Source: the human T2T-CHM13v2.0 reference genome, Homo sapiens
Length of the DNA stretch: 64,000 bases
Direction: 5' to 3' (one strand)
Assembly (NCBI RefSeq): GCF_009914755.1
Contig: NC_060940.1
Shown here: positions 51,011 to 64,000 of the stretch, one piece after another
How positions within the stretch are numbered: the first letter of the stretch is position 1
Layout: every line of letters begins with the position of its first letter
The notes under the pieces: generated by a model
Database searches by the model: none
Seen by the model: the letters and a program-made list of their open reading frames with translations, nothing else
What the model was told of the DNA's origin: nothing
Translations under genes and position numbers: made by a program

Positions 51011-53369
51011 TGAACTCCTGACCTCAGGTGAGCCACCTGCCTCAGCCTCCCAAAGTGCTGGGACTGCAGGCACGAGCCATTGCACCCAGACTGCACATCT
51101 TAAAAAAAAAAAAGAAAAAAAGAAAAAAGTCATATGTGGCCCAGTATGGTGGCATGTGCCTCTAGTCCCAGCTATTCAGGAGGCTGAGGCAAGAGGATTG
51201 CTTGAGGCCAGGACTTCAAGGGTGTATTGCATGATGATCACATCTGTGCATAATCACTGCACTCCAGCCTGGGCAACACAGTGAGACCCCATTGCTAATT
51301 TTAAAAAATAAGAAAAAGGAAAAAAAGCCATATGTGGCCATTGGCTACCATATTAGACAGTACAGTCCTAAATGGATGTCACTCTGCTGGACAGGTGTCT
51401 GAGAAAGCCCTCTGGCTGGGCGTGCAGCCAGGCAAAGTGGCAGGAATGAGTCAGATCTGCTCCCGGCCTCTGTCCTCCACGAGAGCAGCCTCAGAACATT
51501 TGATGCCAAATTGGCTCCCTCTGCTAGGGCCTTCCTCCCCCAGGAAACCTCTCTAACCCCACTTCACTCCAGTGTGGCTGGCTCTGCCCCAGGCCACCCT
51601 GAAGGGCCTTTCCTGTTCCACTGAGAGAAAGGCCAAGACCCTCAGCAAGGAACTGACTGCAGAGGAGTGTTGGGAGTCAGGGGAGGTGGTAGTCCTGGCT
51701 TGGTTGAGATTTGATTAGTCTGGGAGGGTTTCCTGGAGGAGGGGCCCAGAATAAAGAAGCTGGCATTCCAGGAGAGGGGCAGAAGCCTCAGCTGCAGAGA
51801 GCATTTACCAGACAGAAAAAGAAGGCCTGGCTCTTGCCCAGCCTGTATCAACAAAAAGAAGAAGTGGGGCTGAGGAGACAGGGGCTCCCAGGCTGCAGAG
51901 ATTTCAAATGCCAGGTAGAGCTTTACCCTTACATCCACAGGCCATGGGGGTCATTGAGGTCTAAAGCAGGGGCTGAGGACCTCCTGGGCTGGAGGAAGAG
52001 GACTCTTCCTGAGGCTTAGAGAGCACCAGGCATCACTTAGTTTGAATCCACCTTCTAACCCAGGGCTTGAGTGCAAATTCTGGCAAGTGCAATTCATCAA
52101 CTTCTTCTGCTGCCTCTCCTCGGCCCTGCAGGATGGAATCATGCCTGGACCCTGGCAGTTTCCAGTTTGGCAGTCTATGAGTGTAACCTACATTCCTCCA
52201 GCTGCAACTCAAGTGCTTTTGTCTTCTGGGACATAGGAGGGTGAGCAGATGGTTCCTTTATTCCTACCAAGAGGCCCTCTTAGACTGGCATTGCGAGAAA
52301 GGCATAGGGGCACGTGAGCCCTGGGGGTCCCTCAGGTTTTTGGGAAGAACTTGAATCTCTTTCTCCTCCTCCTTTCTCAGCTCCTGCTCTCAGCATGAAT
52401 GTCCAGACACAGGAGATACCAGAGGGCACACAGCCCTGTCTCTCCAGTTACCTAGACCCCCCAGGGACCTGGAGCATAGGCCCTTGCTACTGCTGATCTT
52501 GAGTGTTCAGGAGCAGGGTTTGGAGGTATAACTTCTTCAGCCAGAGCGAGCCATGATGGGGTCAGTATGCCATCTAGGAGCTGGGTGTCATGGCTCACAC
52601 CTGTAATCCCAGCACTTTGGGAGGCCAAGACAGGCAGATTCCTTGAGCCCAGGAGTTCAAGACCAGCTTGGGGAATGAAGAGCAAGGCAATAGCAATGAT
52701 TCTACAAAAAAAAAAAAAAAAAATACCAAAAACTTAGCTGGGCATGGTGACATGTCCCTGTAGTCCCAGCTCCTCAGGAGGCTGAGGTGGGAGGATTGCT
52801 TGAGTCTGGGAGGTCGAGGCTACAGTGAGCTATGATCCTGTCACTGTACTCCAGACTGGGCAACAGAGCAAAACTCTGTCTCAAACAACAACAAAAACAA
52901 CAAGAACAACATCACACAAGCCATCTAGGGAATCCTAGGGCATCTAAGCTAATCCTATTATATAGATACAATAACTGAGGCCCAAAGAGGAAACAGTCTG
53001 TCAAAGTGAGTTGGCAGGAGAGCTAGGATTTATGACTTTTCACTCTATCCACACAGCATTATGTAACAGAAAGACCCCTGCCACTTGGCCAGGCTCAGTG
53101 GCTCACACTGGTAATCCCAGTGCTTTGGGAGGCCAGGGTGGGAGGATCACTTAAGCCCAGGAATTCAAGACCAGCCTGGCAACATAGCAAGACTCTGTCC
53201 CTACCAAAAATAAATAAATAAATAAAATTAAAATTAGCTGATGGTGGCAGTCCACACCTCTAGTCTTAGCTACTCAAGAGGCTGAGGTGGGAGGATAGCT
53301 TGAGCTCAGGAGCTCTGAGCTCTGATCACACCATTTCATTCCAGCTTGGATGACAGAACAAGATCTCAT

Positions 53370-53530
53370 GAAAGAAAGAAAGACAGAAAGAGAGAGAAAG
53401 AGAAGGAAGGAAGGAAGCAAGGAAGGAAGGAAGGAAGGAAGGACGGACGGAAGGAAGGACGGACAGAAGGAAGGAGAAAGAAAAAAAGAAAGAAGGAAGG
53501 AAGGAAGGAAGGAAAGAAAGAAAGAAAGGA

Positions 53531-53602
<72 letters not shown>

Positions 53603-53616
53603 GAAAGAAAGAAGAA
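53370..53616. repeat. (GAAA)n/(GGAA)n compound microsatellite from an Alu tail
   Basis: Direct reading. Confidence 0.92.
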
Positions 53617-55212
53617 CTCCCCGCTCCAAATAACTCCCTGGCAGCTTGTCATAGTGCCTGAAATCCTGCCATTGGATGTGCACTGTGCACAGGTAAGACA
53701 TGGTTGCCTGATGAATGCAAGTGCCGCTGCGAAGGCCACAGTCAGTAACACCTTGTTGGGATGAAAAGGAGGATGTTATCGCCTCCTTTTCAGTCTGCTG
53801 TGTGAGCGCTTCGCCAGGCCTCAGTTTCCCCATTTGTAAAATGTGTCCATGGGAGTCCTGGAAGGCCTCAGGTAGAACTTGAAGGAGGAGAGAAAGTGGA
53901 TTCCCTCCCCAGAAGTAGAGTCAGACTTGTGGCTGAGCTGGGGGGCAAAACACACAAGATCTCAGGCTATGGGTCACCCCATGTGCCTCCTAAACTGAAA
54001 GGGGCCACGGGGCTGGGGCAAAACCAGCAAGGGCTAATAACTGGAGGAGACCCCAAGCCCCCCAGACCTTAGTCCATCAATGTGACAGGACCATCTGTAG
54101 GCTGAATTTCCCAGCAGCCCAATAATAGGAGCGCAGAGCGAGATTTAATTGATTTACAGAAAATAAAGGCATTCTATGTTTTTCACATATCCAAGTTCGT
54201 GAACCATGACCCATACAACAACGAGGTCTGACTTTCAGAGAAGTCAATGCTTGGAAATGATTTCTTTCCTGGAGAGCGTGGCTCTAATGGTACAATTCCA
54301 GGCAGGGCCAGGTGAGCTGAAAAGATATTTTGGAGGCCGCCAAGCCTTCGAAGGTCTGGCCCGAGCACTAAATCCAGAAACCTGTGGTTTCTGGGGGTAG
54401 TGGAAAGACCCTGGAGGGGAACCCCTCCCCACTTTGCAGCTCTGGTCCACTGAGTGCAAAGAGGCTCACAGGCACCCTTTGACCCCAGGCTGGGGATGGA
54501 GTGCTCAGCGCCAACCTGGCTGCTTTAGCCGGCAGCAGGGGTGGCTATGGCAACTCCTAGGGGCTCAGGTCAGGGCATCAGCATCCAGTTTTACAGTCTT
54601 TGAGGCGCCTGCCTTGAGCCTGGCACCCCGTGAGGTCAGAGGTCATAGGTCATGATGCAGGGGTTTGGAGAAGTACCAGTGAGCAAAAATAAATGAGAGG
54701 GGGCCTGGAGAAAAATATCAGGTGTCTGTTAGCAGGCGAGAGCTTAACCACCTAAGCCAACCTTGCCAAGTCTTTGCTGTAAACTAAGACCCCTAGAGAT
54801 GAACCCTCAGTATCTGAAGCACTCAGAACCTGCTATGGCCGGAGGTGCTGGGCTTTGCATTTCTTTTTCTTCCTTCTTTTTCTGCCCCTTTTCTGAAAAC
54901 TGGGCTTGCAACTGTGGAAACGGAAATGAATAGCCAGCATTTAAGGTTCTGCTATCAGACCCAGAGCTCCTCACCTCTAAATATGTTTTTTAAGTTTTTT
55001 TCTTTTAACTTTGTATTTTGATATTTTATGTTTTATTTTTTTCATTGTATAGACAAGGTCTCAGTCTGTCACCCCAGCTGGCATCTGGTGGCTCAATCAC
55101 AGCTCACTGCAGCCTCAACCTCCTGGTTCAAAGGATCCTCCTGCATCAGCCTCCCAAGTAGCTGAGATTATGGGCGCATGCCACCACGCCAGGCTATTTT
55201 AACATAATTTCA

Positions 55213-55582
<370 letters not shown>

Positions 55583-57763
55583 TCAGGAAACTAGCATTGC
55601 TGCAATACTATTATCTAATCCACATACTTTGTTCAGATTTTGCTAATTGTCCTAATAAGGCCTTTATAACAACAACAACAAAAAAAAACCCAGACCATGC
55701 ACTGCAATTAGCTGCTGAGTCTCTTTAGTCTCCCTTTATCTAGAACAACTTCCCAATCGCTTTGTCTTTGACCACATTGATAAGGTTGAGAAATACTGGT
55801 TAGGGCCAGGCGCGGTGGCTCATGCCTGTAATCCCAGCACTTTGGGAGGCCAAGGTGGGAGGATCGCTTGAGCCCAGGAGTTCAAGACCACCTCCGGGCA
55901 ACACAGTGAGACTCTGTCTCTACAAAAAAAATTTAAAAATTAGCAGGGCATGGTGGTGCAGCACCCTGTGATCCCAGCTATTCAGGAGGCTGAGGTAGCG
56001 GATCTCTTGAGCTCAGGAGGTTGAGGCTGCACTGAGCCAATACTGTACCATTGCACTCCAGCCTGGGCAACAGAGGGATACCCTGTCTCAAAAAAAAAGA
56101 AGGGGAGGAGAGGGTAGGGAAGGGGAGGGGAAGGGAGGGGAAGGGAGGGAGGGGGAAGGAAGACAACTAGTTAGGTAGTAAGATATCCTCAAATTGGGTT
56201 TGTTTGATGTTTTTGCATGAAAATATTGAGGTTATTTTGTTGGAATATAATTAAAAATGATCAATTTTCAGTGTCATATCAATATCAATAGGCACTTGAT
56301 ATTGATTTGTACCTTTTTTGGTGATGTTAATTTTGATTTTAATTTTTTTATTGAAATGTAATATAGGTACAGAAAACTACATACCCTCCTTCTTTAAGGT
56401 TTTTTTTGTTTGGTTGTTTGGTTGGTTGGTTTTTTTTGAGACGGAGTTTTGCTCTTGTTGCCCAGGCTGGAGTGCAATGGCGTGATCTCGGCTCACTGCA
56501 CCTCCACCTCCTGGGTTCAAGCAATTCTCCTGCCTTAGCTTCCTGAGTAGCTGGGATTACAAGCGCCCGCCACTGTGCCCAGCTAATTGTATCTTTAGTA
56601 GGGACCGGGTTTCACCATGTTGGCCAGACTGGTCTCGAACTCCTGACCTCAGGTGATCCACCTGCCTCAGCCTCCCAAAGTGCTGGTATTTCAGGCATGA
56701 GCCACTAGGCCTGGCCAGTATATACCCTTGATGCACTTTCACAACCTGAACACATCTGTGTAAGTAGGATCCAGATCAACAAAAGTGTATTTCCTGCACC
56801 CCAAGCCCCACATGTCCCCACCGAGTTATTACCTTCTCAAAGTAAACATCATCCTGACTTCTAAGAGTATAAATGATATTTGCCTGACTTTGAACTTCCA
56901 ATAAATGAAGTCATTCTTTTCAGAAACCTCTTTTATTTCCGGATTTTTTGCTTATGTTTGTGAGATTCTCAGAGCCTACTTTTATATTAATAAATCCAAT
57001 GCCTCCCATTATGAGCCTGAAATGAAATTCAAACTAATCTATGCACGCAATTTCAAAAAATCACTTTGATGCCTTAATTGTAATATAAAGGGCAGTAATT
57101 TATAATATATAATACAATATATGTATTTAAATGAATATAAATAAAATTGTATTTATAGGCTGGGCACGGTGGCTCACGCCTGTAATCCCAGCATTTTGGG
57201 AGGCCGAGGCGGGCGGATCATGAGGTCAGGAGATCAAGACCATCCTGGCTAACACAGTGAAACCCCGTCTCTAATAAAAATACAAAAAATTAGCTGGGCG
57301 TGGTGGTGGGCGCCTGTAGTCCCAGCTACTTGGGAGGCTGAGGCAGGAGAATGGCGTGAACTCAGGAGGCGGAGCTTGCGGTGAGCTGAGATCGTGCCAC
57401 TACACTCCAGCCTGTGCGACAGCGTGAGACTCTGTCTCAAAAAAAAAGTAAAATAAAATAAAAAATAAAATTGTATGTATATACACAAATCATGTAATTT
57501 TAAATAAAAATAATATTTATGTCAGTATGTAAATGGTGGGGGACAACGCCACTAAAGATGTGATGAAGTCTTCTGATGTTTGTACCCATATTGTTTTTCT
57601 TCTTTTTTTTTTTAGAGATAGGGTCTCCCTCTGTCACCCAGGCTGGAGTCTGGTGATGCGATCATAGTTTACTGCAACCTTGACCTCCTGGGCTCAAGCG
57701 ATCCTCCTGCCTCAGCCTCCCCAGTAGCTGGGGCTACAGGTGTGCACTACCATGCCTGGCTAA

Positions 57764-57919
<156 letters not shown>

Positions 57920-58170
57920 TAAATAGCGGCTTCAGATGCATACCAGGCAGAGGAAAGTGAGTCTCTTTGCCCCCACGGTGTGAGTTTCCTAGATGATGAT
58001 AACTCCTGGTAAAATTCTCAACACAAAGTACCATCTTCCCTCATTTCACATGATAATTGTATTCTTGGAAAATATTCTACATTTTAAGACTGTGCAAAAA
58101 TCCCTTTGTGTTTCCAAATAAAACAGAGCAAGGTTGTAGGTTCAAATGATGATAAACAGATTGTTCATCA

Positions 58171-58573
<403 letters not shown>

Positions 58574-59519
58574 TCAAACAATCCCTTGTTGTGTGGAACT
58601 GGGGAGGAATCCTGGCACCTGTGACCACCCCAAATGCCAGGGGTCTCCCCATCCATGTGACAATCCCTTCCCCGAGATGCTCTTCAGAATGGTACAACAA
58701 GCCTAGGGGACGAGAGGAGAAGCTACGCTTGGGGGAAGTGCACCCCAGGAGGGCAGTGAATAAAGTGTTGGGGTTGGTCTGAAGGAGGCGGAGGCCCAGG
58801 TGGGAACATTGACAAGGGACTCTGAGGTGCAGCATCCCCATAGCCAAATCCTGGGGGAGCAGGCTGGTCTCTGGGGGTGGAAGGTGGGGGGACCCTATAA
58901 GGGCCTTGCTGCCCAAGACCCCAGGCTTTCTGCAGAGGATGCAACAGAACCTATACTTCTCTGGGTCCTGCATGGACCTCTTCTGCTCAACTGCTCTGGG
59001 CCCTCCACGAACTGCACCCCTGAACAGACAGTGGGGGCCCTGTCATCTATAGCTCCTGTGGAGACCTCTGTGGGCTGAAAACCCACTTAAGTCACACACC
59101 AAGAGGATGACGGGGTCCTCAAGTATGTCACTAAACAGAAAAATAGTCCAAAATGATACCGAACTGACAAGTAACTACAGGGAAGGTAAACATAATTGTG
59201 ATTTCCCTCATGTTGCTTTTGTTTTAATAAAATGTTAAGTAACAAATTGTTTTAGAGCACCTTCCTTTGGTGTCTTTGAGAACATGCTCCATGTGCCTGT
59301 GGAATGGCCCATCAGTGAACAGTCCATGAACTGACTCATTTAATCAGACCCAAGACCTTTTTAAAAAATAAGTAATTAATTAATGTTTTGAGAGAAGGTC
59401 TCACTGTGTCATCCAGGATGGAGTGCAGTGGCGCTATCATGGCTCACTGCAGCCTTAACCTCTTGGGCTCAAGCGATCCTCCCAACTCAGCCCCCAGAGT
59501 ATCCACCACTCCTAGCTAA

Positions 59520-59669
<150 letters not shown>

Positions 59670-60185
59670 TGAGATAGGTACTATTCTTTCTCTCATTTTT
59701 GTTTGTTTGTTTGAGACAGAGTCTTGCTCTGTCGCCCAGGCTGGAGTGCAGTGGCAGGATCTCGGCTCACAGCAACCTCCATCTCCCAGGTTCGTGATTC
59801 TCCTGCCTCAGCCTCCCGAGTAGCTGGGATTAAATGCACCTGCCACTACGCACGGCTAATTTTTGTATTTTTAGTAGAGACGAGTTTCACCACCTTGGCC
59901 ATGGTTGGCTAGGCCGGTCTCGAACTCCTGACCTCAGGTGAGCCTCCTGCCTCGGCCTCCCAAAATGTTGGGATTACAGGCATAAGCCACTGTGCCCGGC
60001 CTTATTCCCATTTTGCAACTGAGATACTGAGGATCAAATTGATTAAGACATTTGCTCTGGGTCACACAGCCAGGAGTTGCTCGGGCCACGATTGGTCTAT
60101 CCCAGAACGAAGTCTGAGCAAGCTCTAGGCCCCTGAAAAGGAGTAAAGCCCCCCGCCCCACACTAGGTCCCTGAAAAGGAGTGAA

Positions 60186-60186
<1 letters not shown>

Positions 60187-60230
<44 letters not shown>
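60187..60230. repeat. (AC)22 microsatellite
   Basis: Direct reading. Confidence 0.95.
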
Positions 60231-60232
<2 letters not shown>

Positions 60233-60303
60233 CACACTCTTCCACACTCTTCCTCCCTCCACTCTGGGAAATGAGAAGCTCAGGTGCTTCCCGCAATCTG
60301 TTC

Positions 60304-60320
60304 TCGCCCCCTGGTGGCCA
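60304..60320 (-). promoter_or_regulatory. Strong CTCF motif TGGCCACCAGGGGGCGA
   Basis: Near-perfect match to the CTCF consensus TGGCCACCAGGGGGCGC, in non-repetitive DNA. Confidence 0.8.
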
Positions 60321-60668
60321 CGTTTAAAGCTGCGGCTGTGTCTTCAGTGCATCCTAGCCGGGGATCCACCACCCGGGGCCTGAGCCTGGCTGTGCTGGAA
60401 AAGAGTTTGCCTGGCAGGTTGCTACTTGTCAAACTATATAAAATATTTTTGCTGTTGTTTATCTCCTGTTTCACTGATGCCCTCAGCTCTTGCTTCTTCT
60501 GCTGGCTAGAAGCTCCGGCACTGGACGGAGCAGACAGCTGGCCAGCGCCACAACCACTGGACTCCTGGGGAAAGGACGTGCACTTCTCCCCGAAACTATG
60601 AAGGATAGAAGAGGGCAGAGGGCCGGGCGCGGTGGCTTACGCCTGTAATCCCAGCACGCAGGGGCTCA

Positions 60669-61420
<752 letters not shown>

Positions 61421-62536
61421 TCACTTGATCTACTTGGGTGGATCACTTGAGGTCAGGAGACCAAGACCAGCCCGACCAACATCTCTACTAAACCCCATCT
61501 CTACTAAAAGTACAAAAATTAGCTCGGTGTGGTGGCGTCTGCCTGTAGTCTCAGCTACTTGGGAGGCTGAGGCATGAGAAGCTTGAACCTAAGAGGCGGG
61601 GGTTGCACTGAACCGAAATTGCACCACTGCACTCTAGTCTGGGTGACAGAGCCAGACTCTGTCTCAAAAAAATTTTTTTTTAAAAATAAAATAAAGTTGA
61701 CCCAGTCTTCAGCATAGCCTGGAGATGGGGGTGCCCTGATTACAGTGACAGGTCCTAGTTCTTCAGACAGAAATAGCTCTTGAGCCAAGGAAAGGAGGGC
61801 AGCTGTGCTCCAGCACTCTGCATACTTCTCCCTGCCCCCCATTCTGCAGTGAACACACAGCTGGGGGAGGGTCTGCCCCCACAATATACATGGGAACGGC
61901 TGCCCCCATTCAGCAGATAGAGAAACTGAGGCTCCAAATGCAGTTGAGGTTCCTTGCACAAGTCACTCATTTGACCAATGGCAGTGCTGGGATTCTTGTG
62001 TCTGCCCAGCCTCTTAAACTGCCACATCACATGGGGTACCCTGTGCCAGGGGAGGCTCTTGTCTTTGGGGAAAGTAGAGGTCATGGGCTGTGCACTTCCT
62101 ACACAAGCCTCCAGGCCAAAGTGTCCTCCTGGTCCTCAACAGGGAAGAAAATATACCCAGTTTGGATTCTCAGACTTCTATGGAGAACTGGGTTGTTCAG
62201 GTGAAGGTTTATAGGGTTTGATTGTTGCTAATGGCTGATTAAAGAGTGCTTGACTTTCTATGAGTGTGTTTGAAACTGTATTTCCCATGGAGGCAGTGGG
62301 GGTCAGGGAGCAGGCTCAGAAATACCCATACATTGTTAGCACCCTGGAAATGAAGGCAATGCATGGGTATATTTAAATTATAGTCTTTCTTTACCAATGA
62401 TTTTGCAAAGGAAAAAGAGGCTAGGTGCAGTGCCTCACGCCTGTAATCCCAGCATTTTGGGAGGCCAAGGCTGGCAGGTCACCTGAGGTCAGGAGTTCAA
62501 GACTAGCCTGGCCAACATGGTGAAACCCCATCTCTA

Positions 62537-63039
<503 letters not shown>

Positions 63040-63358
63040 TTAAAATTAAGTTATAGTCATTATCTAAAGATAAATAAATAAAAAACCACAGCATGGAGCT
63101 GGAGATGCTAACTGTCTTCCCTGGAGGAGCATACAGGAGCTCTCTCTCTGACTTTGGAGATGTCCAAACTGGCTCCTTCAACTACTAAATGTGGGAAGCT
63201 TCCAGGAAAGTGGCTTGATGGGAGTCCAGAGAATGGGGTCCAGACCCACCTCAGCCAGGAGCTTAAAGTGGGATTCTAGAGAACCTGCAGAAGAAGGCCG
63301 GGTGCGGTGGCTCACACCTGTAATCCCAGCACTTTGGGAGGCCGAGGTGGATGGATCA

Positions 63359-63630
<272 letters not shown>

Positions 63631-64000
63631 TTACACCTTAAAGAATGGATGGGCTGGGCGAGGTGGCTCACATCTCCAATCCCAGCATTTTGGAAGGTCA
63701 AGGCAGGAGGATTGCTTGTACTCAGGAGTTTGAGACCAGCCTGGGCAACATAGTGAGTCTCGTCTCTACAAAAAATAAAACTTAGCTGGGAGTGGTGGCA
63801 CATGCCTGTAGTCCCAGTTACTCAGGAGGCTGAGGCAGGAGGATTGCCTGAGCCCAGGAGGTCAAGGCTGCAGTGAGCTATAATCACGCCACTGTACTCC
63901 AGCCTGGGCAACAGAGCAAGACTCTGTCTTAAAAAAAATGGATAGAAGGGTGTCTCACAAAGTACATGGGTCCAGCCAGATGTGACTAGTTTCTACAGCA

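Overview
This is human (primate) genomic DNA, recognisable from its two genes as the NAE1-CA7 locus (16q22 region). Positions 815-23193 (minus strand) hold coding exons 1-17 of NAE1 (NEDD8-activating enzyme E1 regulatory subunit, APP-BP1); the remaining exons lie left of the window. Positions 36783-45793 (plus strand) hold the complete 7-exon CA7 CDS (carbonic anhydrase VII, 264 aa). The two genes diverge from separate CpG islands about 13.5 kb apart. All exon boundaries were checked by hand for GT-AG and phase continuity. The rest is repeat-rich: roughly 65-70 Alu copies or fragments, a 5'-truncated L1PB-type element, MER33/MER5A/Tigger4-type DNA transposon fossils, an MLT1 LTR, MIR/L2 remnants and microsatellites. 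Nearly all entries in the ORF track are repeat-derived or GC-rich noise, and there are no prokaryotic systems, CRISPR arrays or rRNA/tRNA genes. I cannot claim a demonstrated new biological system. Best leads: (1) a speculative decayed minus-strand multi-exon gene or spliced antisense unit downstream of CA7 (49.0-60.6 kb), including in-register long ORFs on both strands; (2) a ~245-bp templated copy of NAE1 intron sequence inserted inside an Alu; (3) an NAE1 alternative exon whose donor comes from an Alu monomer; (4) a candidate intronic polyadenylation isoform of CA7; (5) convergent CTCF motifs bracketing CA7.
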